Below, in pieces: positions 51,246-64,000 of a stretch of 64,000 nt of DNA (position 1 is its first letter; each line of letters begins with the position of its first letter). Under the pieces are notes generated by a model. It made no database searches, was not told the DNA's origin, and saw only the letters and a list, made by a program, of their open reading frames with translations. The stretch is from Octopus sinensis (lineage: Eukaryota). The stretch lies in NCBI RefSeq assembly GCF_006345805.1, contig NC_043005.1:26474001-26538000 (forward strand). Reading direction: 5' to 3'. Both the position numbers and the translations under genes were made by a program.

Positions 51246-51507
51246 CATATACACATTTTGCTATGACGATCACACTGACGAGTTGCGGACATTCTACGTA
51301 ACGTAAGTGGTAACAACGAAACTGGTTTGTGATTAATCTGTATATTTTGTATCTTTTCATTTGTCTTGCTCGCTTACGTTATGGCGTTTGCTAAATGTTT
51401 TTGAGAACATTCCTTTCTTAGAGGTAAGACCATAGGGGGTCGACTTCTAGCATATGGATGTCCACTTAGTGGTCTTCCCCCTTATATGTGTATATGTATA
51501 TATGTAT

Positions 51508-51732
51508 CGCCATGTTGATTCGCTAGCTTCTGCACGCATTTTTTTCTCTCCTTGTTTCTCTCCGTGTTTCTCTCCGTGTTTCTTTTCTGTGTATTTTCTG
51601 TTGAAGAGCGTAGGCTCGAAACATAAAAGACTTGTTTTATTTATATTCCTGAGCGCCATACTAATACAATTGTTTGTTTGTATTCCACCTGCCTTCGTCT
51701 TTTTTGTTCATTTTCATAAAGCTTCCCGTTAT
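51508..51732 (+). mobile_element. Family C element (hammerhead-like motif 51593-51630, triplet decayed to ATA)
   Basis: Homologous to 31706-31895. Confidence 0.75.
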
Positions 51733-52038
51733 ATATGTATGTATATGTATATGCATGTATATAAGCAAGTATATACATGATACATGTAAGCATGTATATA
51801 TACATGCATACATGCATACATATATGGGTGCATAGATATAGACACGAAAAATACATAGTTTCTTATGTAATAAATGTATATTATACCCGCAGTAAAAATT
51901 GACTGGGTCATTTTGTTAATCACTCCACCCTTCCTATTCTAAGAACTGCGAAGAAATTACATTTCCTCCTGATCTGAATCTTCGAGTACAAATGCACACA
52001 CATGCACACATGTACACAGAGTGGAATATGTGTGCGTA

Positions 52039-52097
<59 letters not shown>

Positions 52098-52354
52098 CAG
52101 TAACGTATATGCTATAACACACAGAATTGCAGAACCGCTGCCGATGTACTATGCACCTAAAGATGCACGCGCACACGCACTTATTCACGCAGGCTTTGAC
52201 ACTTTATACAGGAAGCAAAATATATTGATAAGAAAGCAAGAGGGTTTATGAGACTGACGAAACCGTCCAAAGGAGTGCTCCATCGTTGTCGTAGAGAAAT
52301 GACTGAAAGAAGTAACAGTATATACACATACATACGTATACATATACATACATA

Positions 52355-52564
52355 TATAACGGGAAGCTTTATGAAAATAAACAAAAGACGAAGGCAGGTG
52401 GAATACAAACAAACAATTGTATTAGTATGGCGCTCAGGAATATAAATAAAAAAGTCTTTACGTTTCGAGCCTACGCTCTTCAACAGAAAGATACACAGAA
52501 AAGAAAACACGGAGAGAGAAACAAGGAGAGAAAAAAATGCGTGCAGAAGCTAGCGAATCAACAT
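52355..52564 (-). mobile_element. Family C element (hammerhead-like motif 52455-52491)
   Basis: Inverted near-copy of 51508-51732. Confidence 0.75.
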
Positions 52565-52582
52565 ATATATATACATATATAC

Positions 52583-52624
<42 letters not shown>

Positions 52625-52806
52625 CATTCATATATATACTTACCTACATACATATACACCCCCCCCGTTGTTTATACACATATATATATGTACATACATG
52701 CATATATATACATATATATACGTACATATATATATATATATATATATACATGCATACATATATATATACGTACATATATATATACATACATTAGATATAT
52801 ACATAC

Positions 52807-52840
<34 letters not shown>

Positions 52841-53210
52841 ATTGTGTCATCCCATAAATAATGCGGTTTTTTCAAGTGCATGAAGTAAAAGACGAAGGTG
52901 AACGTGTTAAGCTTCCTGCATCAACTTGCTATAAAAGCAGGTAGTAAATTTACCTTGGACTTATTCCTAGTGCAAGTCTCTTGTCGTTTGAACGTTCTGC
53001 CAGTGTTTCTTGTGTTAATTATTGGACTGTTGCGGTTGTTTTTTGTTGAAAAACTGTTTATTGCTTCATTTAAGCACCTTGTTTTCAATTCTCCCCTGCG
53101 ATGGAATTATTGTTGAACTGTGCGGCTTTGAGCCAATTCTGTGAGGCATAAGCCCAAATTTTTCTGTGTTCGGAGTTTTACCGTAAATTGCGTTTTGTTA
53201 AAAAAACATC

Positions 53211-54240
53211 ATGGAGTCACCATTGAGTTCAATGGACTCACAAAATCAACTAATTATCAATATGCCTGTTTTCGTAACAGGTGAAGAAGAAAAATCACCG
53301 GCGGTGTCGCCAAAAAAAGTTAATCTTTGCCGAGGCAGCAGGAAACACGGAGAAAAGTAATTTAAAAAAGTTTAGGACAATGTTAAAAAAGGAGGGGACG
53401 GAAATACAAGTAGCCCCTCCAACAGAAACAACAGAGCAAGCAAATAGGAAAAGAATCATCTACAAAACTTACAACGTTGAAAAGAGACGAATAGATGAGA
53501 CAAGAAAAATTAATTGAAAAATGCCTCAAACCGATATGGTCGGATATAACATACATGACAAGAGGCAAACGATTTGGAGCGGTCGAAGTGAGGTTCACAT
53601 TAGAGGAGGTGGCCAGGCGGCACTCTTCAGAAACTTTGAGAACCAAGGAGGTGTTTCTTCTTCCCATATATATGGGAAGAACATCGAAAATAAAAATTAC
53701 GAATATTCCTCCGGAAGTAGATGCTGCCTTGCTAGTGGCGGCGATAATAATGGACTAGGAAAAAGAAATTACCTTTCTCCAGGCCTCAGAGGTGGAGGAA
53801 CTGAATTAGAGAGGACAATGCTTGAACACGTTGGTTCAGGCAGAGGTCCCTACGCTGGAAGAAATTCGAGAAATAATAAACATCGGAGAGGAGAGGCTGA
53901 TCGTCTTGGTGACAGCCAAGATGTTTAACTGCGGGTTAAAGGGCCATATAAGGACCGAATGCAAACCTGCAAAAAAAGGGCAGGAAGAAAAGGAAGGAGA
54001 AGAGGACAGAGGAAACATCACCTACATCAGCAGAGACGACACAATTACCATTAAAACAAGAGGAAGAGTGCGACGATAAAGAAAAAGAGGAGGAGTGGTC
54101 GACTGTTTTTAAAAAAGAAGAAAATACACAGACCGCCCTTACCAAACTGAAAAAATGGGATAAAAACGTAAAAGAAAAAGACGTCAATTACATGGTCATT
54201 AAGGAATCTAATAACAGACTAATTAACCGTTTGGTAGCTA
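53211..54240 (+). mobile_element. L1/Tx1-like ORF1 (gag-like) relic with a CCHC zinc knuckle and no downstream ORF2
   Basis: Stitched frames give a basic N-terminus, RGKRFGAVEVRF, IKITNIPPEV and RLIVLV..(C)FNCGLKGHIRTEC, then a charged tail. Confidence 0.7.
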
Positions 54241-54279
54241 TTTCATCTGTCAAACGGGAAGAAAAAATGTCATCACAAG

Positions 54280-54500
54280 ACTTTCTCATCTCCACGCCAT
54301 TGATATTGTCCAGGGGAAATGCAAAGGCCGGTACAACATGACACCAGTGACGCCGCAACGCGTTTCTACAAATGAGTGAACCGGAGCAACGTGAAATAAG
54401 GTGTCTTGCTCAAAAGCACAACACAGCCAAGTTCGGGAATCGAACTCACTACTTAAGCGAATGTAAACTCGCTGCTGTAACCACTGAGCCATGCGGCTTC
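54280..54500 (-). mobile_element. tRNA-derived SINE, family D
   Basis: Head GCCGCATGGCTCAGTGGTTA...GAGTTCGATTCCC, then a GTTGTGCTTTTGAGCAAGACAC core. Confidence 0.8.
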
Positions 54501-54809
54501 ACTCAAACACAGAGATTTTCTCTCTCGCTCCCTCTCTCTGACTCCCCCTCTCTCTCTCTCTCCTTCCTCTCTCATCTGTGTGTGTGTATCTATATATGGG
54601 GGATTGTCATGAGAGGAGTAGAGGAAGACAACGCAATGCTCTCTCTCACTCTCTGGGGCAAACTGGATCCACAAAGATACGATCGGGAATCGAACATCCT
54701 AATCACTGGTTCATGTACCGGCATACATTTACGTGTATGTCCATGTATGCCTATACGTTTTCGTGTCCGCTTGTGTTGGTGTCTGTATGCGCGAATGCGT
54801 TTATCAATG

Positions 54810-55075
54810 TACGAGGGTGAGTCAAAACGTAATGCCATTTTGTTTAGGACAGGTATAATTACCAACACAAGAATATGTATCATGCATCAAAATGAAGCTG
54901 GTCTCCTGTGGATCACATCCCTACTTCTCAACATAGTCACCGTTTCTCTCAATAGCAATGTTCCACCTTCGGATGAGAGCATGTATCCCTGCACTGTAAA
55001 ATTCCGTTGACTGTTCTTTGAGCCACTTCTTCACTACAGTTTTCACTGGTCTATCTCTTCGGCTCCACGAAAGAG
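54810..55075 (-). mobile_element. mariner transposon 3' end with TA target and TIR
   Basis: TA|CGAGGGTGAGTCAAAA TIR. Minus strand 54921-55043 encodes KKWLKEQSTEFYSAGIHALIRRWNIAIERNGDYVEK*. Confidence 0.88.
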
Positions 55076-55999
55076 GGTTTGAGAGGCAAACACTATGTAT
55101 GTATGTATGTATGTATGTATGTATGTATGTATGTATGTATGTATGTATGTATGTATGTATGTACGTACGTACGTACGTACGTACGTATGTATGTAAGTAT
55201 GTATGTATGTATGTATGTATATGTATATATGTATGTATATATGTATGTATATATGTATTTATGTATATGTATATATGTATATATATATGTATAGGGTATG
55301 TCTATGTATGTTATATAGTATATATATATGTATTATAATATGTATATATGTGTGTATGTATGTATGTATGTATGTATGTCTATGTATATATATGTTATAT
55401 AGATAATATATATATATATGTATATATGTATGTATGTATATATGTATTATGTATATGTCTATATATATATTATATATATATATATATATATTATATATAT
55501 CTATATATGTGTGGTGTGGTGTGTGTATGTATATGTATGTATATGTATATATTGATGTATAAGGTAAGTATGTATATATATATATATGTGTATGTATGTA
55601 TGTATGCATATATAGGCATATGTGTGTATATTATGTATATTATTTATATCCTTTCCCCATATTGTGGACTGCTATATGAAAGGAGACTGGTATTGATCTG
55701 TTTTGGTCTTACATCATTAACTTGGTATGCATCCTTTTGTGTATGGCGCATGTATCCTGCATTGCAGCAGTGCAAGTTATGCAAGTCGAGGTTGGGGGTG
55801 TGGACAGTGGTGCAGGCTCTGCACAGACTTACCCCACTTGAAACAAGTTCTATGCGCAGGTTGTTCAGTAGCAACACTTTCTCCTTTTATGATTTTATTG
55901 GGAGGCTCATATTGCGTTTTCGACGGAAGAATCCATCAGATACACACACACACACACATTATATACACACACACACACACACATACACACACACGCACA

Positions 56000-56039
<40 letters not shown>

Positions 56040-56103
56040 AACATATATTATGCATATATATGTACACATATACATACATATATGGAGATGTGTGGGTATA
56101 TAG

Positions 56104-56134
<31 letters not shown>

Positions 56135-56859
56135 ACATTGTGTTTTGCGTGTGTATGTGTGTATATATTTACATATATTATATATATTATATATATATAT
56201 ATCATATGTATATATATGTGTGTGTGTGTGTACATACAACTATACATTGCTATATGGGGATATATGGGTGTATATATTATATATATATATATACTATATA
56301 TACGTACATATATATGTGTGTGCATGTATTTATATATTATATATATATATTATATATATATTATACATATATATACATATATGAATGTATATATATATAT
56401 ATGTACATAAAAACTATACATCCATATATACGTATACGTTTATATGTGTATGAAGAGAGGGGTGGGGGGTATAGTTACATGTTGCTTACGTATAAAAGCT
56501 TGCATGTGTATCAATTTATATACAACATGCTTCAGTTTGTTCATAATTGTCAACATGTGTCTGCATGTGAATACGGGCAGACAGTGGGTGGGTAGGTGGG
56601 AGCAGGTATGGGTCTCTCCTCTCTCTCTCTCTCTCTCAGCGCACATGCTCGCACAAGCATATATAGACATGTACGAGTGTAACTGTAGACGCGTATTTAT
56701 GTTCGTATACTTTTTAATGTATGTCCGCTTGTTTGCACTGCATTTGGTGCAATTTCTTACAAATACATGCATACATACATGCATACATGCATATATACAT
56801 GTGTGTGTGTGTGTGTGTGTGTGTGCGTATCAAATATCCACTCGGTTTTATGAAGATAA

Positions 56860-57240
56860 AACCACACCAGCATCATCACTCGCACCATCACCACAAACAC
56901 CAACACCAACACCATACTACCACCACCACCATTACCACCACCACCACCACCATCATCACAACCACCATCACCATCACCATTACCATCACCACCATCACAC
57001 CACACCACCGCCGCCGCCGCCACCAGCCACCACTACCACCACCACCATCACACCACACCATCATCATATCACACCACCACCGCCACCAGTCACCACCACC
57101 ACCATACCACCACCACCACCACCACCACTACCACCATCACACCACACCATCACCGCCGCCGCCACCACCACCACCACCACCACCACACCACATCACCACC
57201 ACCACCGCCGCCGCCGTTGCCACCACTACCAACCACTATC
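56860..57240. repeat. (CAC)n/(ACC)n low-complexity tract
   Basis: Direct reading. Confidence 0.9.
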
Positions 57241-58739
57241 GGCATCAATATCAACACCATATCCCTTCTACTTGCGGCGGAAATGCTAACTGGAAGCCAA
57301 CATGTGGTAAGGTGTGTTTCGAATCCTGGGCTGTCAGCGATTTTGCTCCAAATAACTCGGAGGAGCACAGGTGTTTACTGCATACTTTCGCATCTATACC
57401 AAATACGGGTGTCTTCATGGTCACCCGACCGGCAAGAAATACATGTTAAATCTCCCTCAAACTACATTAAGCACCTCAGAAATAAAGGGCTACATTACAG
57501 AAAATGGTTACAAATCTACACCACCTGAACAATAAAAGGCAGGCTGGTCACGGCCGAACCGTCTTTGATCATATATCTTTTTATCCAAAGCTGTCCTGAG
57601 ACTAGAAACCGCTACCACCATCAGTAACAATAACAAGAGAAATTATTTTCTCCTTGGACATAAGGTATCGTCATTCACATGTCCTTTGCTTTTCTTCATC
57701 TTTCAGTTAGGGAGCGAGGATAACGCCCGTGATCCTCACTCACACCGTCTTTTAAAATCTTCGAGACTGGGGGTAGAAATAGAAGACGCTATCCTTAATT
57801 CCGGAGACCTGCTCGAATGTTTCCAAAAGAACTGACAATGCTAAAACTGTCCCACCCATCCCTAAAGGTCAGGTGATGGGAAAATTCGAAAGTCAAGAAA
57901 ACAGAACGCAAAAAAGAAAAGAAAAAAAAGAAAGAAATGGAATAAATACTGCTAGGTACTACTGTGTACAATGCAGTAAAGATTGTTTGCCAACATAACA
58001 TGGCAGTCCTGGTTTAGGACGAATGTTGCTGTAATTTAGTCCCAGGAGACATCGTCTCCAGCTGGTCGTACTACACGATCTGTGTCTATATTTTCGAATA
58101 AGGGAATCTAGCACCCCCACTCAGCTCAAAACAATATCTGTGTATCGCGATTTCCGGGTTATTTCTGTACTACAAAGTACTGTTGTTGAATATCTCACGT
58201 TGGGAGATTTAAAAATAGTAATTTACTGTGTACAATGTCTTCGAGGTTTAATGGAATGACACGCCGCAAGGAGTTGGCACTTTATTTCAATTTCTCCGGA
58301 AGTGTGAAAAGCAAAATTTATTTTAGCGAGATTGGAACTGTTAACGAAAGGACATTTTATCCTACTTTATCACGTATCTGCCAAATCACCGCAATGTTGG
58401 CAGAATAAGACATGGAAGCAAGAAATATAAGCAGACCTAGGCTTGGAAAATTTTGAGGCACATTTCATGAACGTGACTCCTCACCATCATTGTGTTACAG
58501 TGATACCTCACAGTACGAGTTTAATTCGTTCTATGACCGAGCTTATCTTAAGATTTACTCGTTTTACAAATCAATTTTCTCCATTGAAATTAACTGAAAT
58601 CTAATTGATCCGTTTTAGTACCCCCAAAAGCGACTCAAAAGTAATTTTTTATGGGTTTTAAAAACAGAAAAGGTGTAGTTACAAGTAAAATGACAATTAT
58701 AAAAAAAAGAGAATGCAGAAGAAATATATAATATATATT

Positions 58740-58903
58740 GGCGCACGCGTGGCTCTGTGGTAAGAAGCTTGCTTCCCAATCACATGGTTCTGGGTTCAGT
58801 CCCACTGCGTGGCACCTTGAGAAAGTGTCTTCTACTACAGCCTCGGGTTGACCAAAGCCTTGTGAGTGGATTTGGTAGGCGAAAATTGAAAGAAGCCCGT
58901 CGT
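58740..58903 (+). mobile_element. SINE family A head fragment
   Basis: Head and core match family A. Confidence 0.85.
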
Positions 58904-59524
58904 ATATATACATAAATATTGAATTATATGGATAATACCATACTATATATATCGTATGTGTGTATGTCTATATAGATATTTATATAACTGCTCATAGTGG
59001 AATGATGAATATTTATCTCCTGTCCACTGAAATATTAGCATAGGGGAGATGAGAAAAGTAATGATTATTTAAATGATTGAATGTGAGTGAGAAACAGAGA
59101 GGAGAATGATGTACAACAATAACATGTTGACAGGCAACGAATATTGACTTAAGTTCACTTCAAGTTTATGACTTTTTTTCACATGATTTCCAATCGCTTT
59201 GCATGGTTTTATAGATTCCGTATAGAGAACAATGAACCTCTACACAGATTGATATAACAACAACTGAAGCAAACAAATCACGCTAAGGGGTCTCTCATAA
59301 GAAGATTTCATATCACAAGGTGTGAAACCCTTCGCCTGCATTCGAGTTCGAAGTTTTCTACTGAAGTACTCAAAATCCCTGAGTATAGACAGACAACGTT
59401 TGAAGCGTAGAGACTTTGGAGGAAATTTAATATAAGTTATTTTCAACATCCCTGAAGGCAAAAATACATTTCTGTCAGCTGTAGTGTTTGTTTTGTGACA
59501 TGAATCATAAACTGAAATATGTCA

Positions 59525-59860
59525 GAGTTGATGACGTAACAGTCACACCTCTATTAGTGTCAATTAGTGTTTCATATTTGATCCCAAACCCGCCCTAAAT
59601 AAATAAAACCCGCTACCGGGTATTTATGCTGTCGTATTAGGTATTGTTATTAGTTATAAATAGTCAGTGTGAATTTATATTTCGTCTAGACTGATTATTG
59701 CTCATGTCATTGTAAATATAGTCACCCGCTGGCAACGTTGGTTGTACGTTTGTCTGTTTTTATTAAAGATTTTAGATCAATAGTGTAAATTGTATGAAAG
59801 TAATCTTTTGTTGTTGTTGTTGTTGTTGGTTTGTTCTAAAAGCGGAAAATGGCGATCTAA
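59525..59860. promoter_or_regulatory. Possible second promoter-like region
   Basis: TGACGTAA (59532), GC-box CCCGCCC (59589), and CGGAA overlapping a YY1-type AAAATGGCG (59843-59854) in repeat-free sequence. Confidence 0.3.
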
Positions 59861-60669
59861 CAAATATTTATTTTTCCATGGGAGTAAATGCTGTGAGTGT
59901 GACGTTTGTATAGATTCGGTCGAGGTTTATATATTAAAAGTATTACTGTAAATGTTACTGTTTGACCAATTATAAGGAATACGAAAAAACTGAAGACTTT
60001 GCGTGTAAGCTAATTAGCGTTTTTAAAAGAATCTTTATGCAAATACAAACGTAGTTTCGTGATACAAATCGTGAAGTGTGCTCCGATAATTATAAGTGAA
60101 ACCACATATCAAAAATAAGTTTATTAAAGAGTATAGAGTTGCTGTTGGGAGGAAATTTTAATTCCAGAAATAATCATGTTTGAGAATATTGGCTTATTAC
60201 AAAGAACGGTTTGTGAACGTATGTACAAAAAACATGGCAGACAATATCCAGGTATTTTCGAAGCAAGCAGCCTTACAATTTGTGTTGTATTTGATGTTGG
60301 TAGACAAAGCAACAAAAATTTCAAGTGCAGTAATACTGCCGAATCGGTTATATTTATGTGCGAGATAACGGCACGCTTTATAAAACGAAAGTATTTGTTT
60401 TTGAATCGATCTAACATTTGTTACAAGAGATCACAATTCACCAATAAATTATTTCGATCTTCTTTTATGACGCAGTTACAGGCGAAGCGCCATTTAACGA
60501 GGATTCTCAAAATAGACTTGTTGTTTTATTCAAGATAGAACCGGAGAAGCTTCAACTAGTTTTAATATTCTAATAATATGCCATTTTCTTATTCACCGAC
60601 AGAAATCATGTGTACATTCCCTAAGAAAGGAACAATGTATGGGCTTAATAGTCAGTTCCTCAGCGAGGC

Positions 60670-60826
60670 ACTCTGGACAGGAGTCCTCTTCACTTGCCCT
60701 GGGTCGAGCAATGCCCAGCGAGGGAATTTGGTAGACGGAAACTGTGAGGAAGCCCGTTTTATCTATATTTATGTGTGCGCGTGTGCATACTTATATATAT
60801 GTGTGTATGTGTCTTTGTATATCTAC

Positions 60827-60865
<39 letters not shown>

Positions 60866-61100
60866 CGCACACACAGACACACAAACGTGTGTGCGTGTTT
60901 GTATATATACGTATGTGTGTGTATGTGTAGTATACGCGCGTGTGTCTTTGTATTTGTCTCCACCACCGCTTGACAACCAGTGCTGGTCTAAGGTCAGCCC
61001 TTTGGACAATAGTCCTCTTCAGTTGCTCTTGGTCGAGCAATGCTCAGCGAGTGAATTTGGTAGACAGAAACTGTGGAAGCCTGTTTTATCTATGTTTATG
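60670..61100 (+). repeat. Two diverged SINE A-derived units in tandem
   Basis: GTCCTCTTCA.TTGC...GGTCGAGCAATGC..GAATTTGGTAGAC.GAAACTGTG occurs twice, ~335 bp apart. Confidence 0.65.
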
Positions 61101-61155
61101 TGTGGTGCGGCATACTTATAAATGTGTGCGTGTGTATCTTTGTATATCTACATAC

Positions 61156-61204
<49 letters not shown>

Positions 61205-61249
61205 ATATATATAGTTATATATATATATTATATATATATATATATATAT

Positions 61250-61372
<123 letters not shown>

Positions 61373-61447
61373 GTTGGTGTGTTGTGTATACATATGTGTG
61401 CGTATGTGTAGTATATGCGGGTGTGTCTTTGTATTGTCTCCACACAG

Positions 61448-61594
61448 CCCAAGAAGCAAAATTCATCAAAAGAAGCTGATGGTGTGTACTTGGTGGTCTG
61501 GCGCAGGTGTGAGCCATTATTATTGATTAAAGCTGGCTCATCAATCACGGTCGAAGTATACTGCAGCTATCTGGACCAAATGATGCAGAAACTT
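61448..61594 (+). mobile_element. mariner transposase internal fragment
   Basis: HQKKLMVCTWWSGAGVSHY (frameshift) KAGSSITVEVYCSYLDQMMQKL matches the mariner HQKK.MV.VWW...G.IHY...G.TIT...Y...L..M block. Confidence 0.8.
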
Positions 61595-61652
61595 ACTTCT
61601 GTGCTTTCTCTTCGTCTGTGTATTTAGTATATGATCGTTGTTTTTACTGCAC

Positions 61653-61690
<38 letters not shown>

Positions 61691-61751
61691 TATCATATTT
61701 TCCATTTATTGTCTTTTTATTTAATCCTGAAAAAATATAAGTATGTATATA

Positions 61752-61791
<40 letters not shown>

Positions 61792-62439
61792 TATATATAT
61801 ATATATATATATATATAGTATGTATTGATTTATGTATGTATGTATGTATGTATGTGATGTATATGTATGTATGTATATGAATGTTTGAATGTGTGTGTAT
61901 ATATGTATGCATATATATATATTTATACATGTGTATGGCATTGTTTTCGTGCCATAGTTAAGATTCCATCACCAACTTCACACAAAATCTCAAACCTGAA
62001 AACAGTTCCAATGTATGGACATGTTTGTGTGTCTTTGATATTTCAACATGGAATTTGTATTGGGGCAACTGCAATAACAGCAAAATGAAAAACTGAACAG
62101 ACGGGATGGGCACGGATGGCACACACGACACCATAAACCTACTCGATCTAGTCTAAGTCGGAGACTGGAGGGACATTTACTCCCCGTTTATACAAATATA
62201 CACATACACCACGACACTCACCATAATCTCATACATATATAATACACATCCCCCCCCCCCACATATACACACAATCACACCACTGCCGCTGTCGCTACAG
62301 GCCCCACTGCTGCCACAGGCTCCCACAGCCGCTACGGCCACCACCACCAAAACTACCGCCACACATCACCCTATGATACGCGACACACCAACAGAGACGA
62401 TGGTCTTTGCAGTGAAAAATCTTAGGTATTCAATAAACT

Positions 62440-62491
<52 letters not shown>

Positions 62492-63070
62492 CAGCACCAC
62501 CAGTACCACCACTACCCCGCTGCTGCTACTTCTGCCGTTGTTGATTGTTTCGTGACGTTTACTTTCGCAACATCCTACCAATTCAGAAGACATTGGATAC
62601 GAGAGCAACGTGAAGCCACCCAAGGGATAAAATATCACCATTCCCCTCCCATCATACGTTTCCTCTTCTCTTCCTCCCCCTCTCTCTTTCTTTCTCTGTG
62701 TGTATATATATATATATATCTAAAATATATATATATATATATGCATGTATGTGTGTGTGTAACGCCCATCAGTCAATCTGCATTCCACATACGCAAGAAA
62801 CCGAGTTTGATGTTGTACTTCCTGCGACAGCTCTCTCTCTCTCTCTCTCTCTCACTCTCTCTCTCTCTCTCTCTCTCTCCTCTCTCCTCCTCCTCCCCTC
62901 CTTATCCACAAAACACCTCACTACCACCATCACCATCACCACAGCATACACAAACACGCATGCACTGACAGAGAGTGAGCGAGTGAGTGAGTGAGTGAGA
63001 GAGAGAGAGAGTGGGGGGAGAGATGCACGCATGCATATAACATACAAGAGCATATGCAGGTATAAGAATA

Positions 63071-63108
<38 letters not shown>

Positions 63109-63357
63109 GCCGACACACTCATACATGCACACCTGTATATATATATATATAAGATATGTGTGTATGTGTGTGTGTGTTTTGCATATGTCCTGTACTCTAT
63201 TTTTTCGTTGTTTCAGAAAAATGTCCATTTCCTTGGTTCTGTTTTTATGTTTTCGTTTCTCATTGTGTTCGACGTTTTTTTGGTATCCTGTACCCATATA
63301 TGCATGTATATATACATGTAGAGGTAGGTACGTACATATATATGTATGTATATATAA

Positions 63358-63588
63358 GGCGGCGAGCTGGCAGAAACGTTAGCACGCCGGGCGAAATGCG
63401 TAGCCGTATTTCGTCTGACGTTACGTTCTGAGTTCAAATTCCGCCGAGGTCGACTTTGCCTTTCATCCTTTCGGAGTCGATAAATTAGGTACCAGTTGCG
63501 CACTGGGGTCGAAATAATCGACTTAATCCCTTTGTCTGTCCTTGTTTGTCCTCTCTGTGTTTAGCCCCTGGTGGGTAGTAAAGAAATA
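63358..63588 (+). mobile_element. SINE family B, full-length monomer
   Basis: GGCGGCGAGCTGGCAGAAACGTTAGC (A box) ... GAGTTCAAATTCC (B box) ... GTAAAGAAATA tail. Confidence 0.93.
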
Positions 63589-63677
63589 TATATGTATGTA
63601 TATATGTATATGTTTTATTTTATTTATTAATTTATTATATGACGGAACGCACGCATCCATTTCTAAGTAAGATTGTT

Positions 63678-63753
<76 letters not shown>

Positions 63754-64000
63754 GGTCCCGGGTTGAGTCGGGGTTAACCACAGTAAATAAGGTACTCAAT
63801 ACATAGCAGAGTAAAGTAATTTATTTTATAGAAGGCGCTTCTACAGGACTAGAACTGTTTCATTCAGATGAAATCTTCAGGAAGCTGGCTGTCAAAATAA
63901 GTTCTGGTATTTATGCATTTAGGCAGATTTAATGGAGTGGTGATGGGGGACGTTTTTGGGGTAGGTTGCTATTTAGGAGATAAACAGGGCACAAGCTATT

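Noticed and set aside
55640-55935. Cys-rich unique island (CRLC...CAGC on plus, CFKWGK...HCP on minus)
   Set aside because: Both readings are only weakly zinc-knuckle-like and are mutually exclusive; it cannot be assigned without a search.
56721-57449. His/Pro/Thr-rich ORFs of 240-280 aa
   Set aside because: Produced by (CAC)n low complexity and open in several frames, with no splice or domain support.
63852-63884. Minus-strand CTGAAGA...GAAAC motif
   Set aside because: The stem II closing pair is U-U, the loop is too short and stem I does not pair. It may be a decayed Penelope-type end, but this is unsupported.

Overview
This is AT-rich, microsatellite-saturated eukaryotic DNA with no prokaryotic features. 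The SINE families and (TACA)n/(TATC)n load match what I recognise as octopus (coleoid cephalopod) genomic DNA; that assignment is an inference, not a search result. No protein-coding gene could be identified with confidence, and nearly all ORFs in the supplied track are microsatellite or SINE translations. The window is mostly (i) tRNA-derived SINEs of at least four families, (ii) broken non-LTR retrotransposons (CR1/L2-like, two RTE 3' ends, an R4/Dong-like element in (TAA)n, RLE-type 3' ends in (TACA)n, two ORF1 relics), (iii) mariner, piggyBac-like and Merlin-like DNA transposon remnants, (iv) many long fold-back inverted repeats, (v) one CpG-rich promoter-like island near 20.1-20.5 kb, and (vi) a 100-N gap with a duplicated flank. 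The most striking unexplained signal is a set of minimal type-I hammerhead-ribozyme motifs carried by several small non-coding element families. The best case is a 372-bp, highly structured unit with a perfect 124-bp terminal redundancy (30838-31333), whose hammerhead sits at the apex of a ~65-bp rod and carries the compensatory U3-A8 core variant. This resembles a retrozyme or Penelope-LTR-like circular-RNA retroelement. No ribozyme activity is demonstrated; all such calls are structural readings done by eye.
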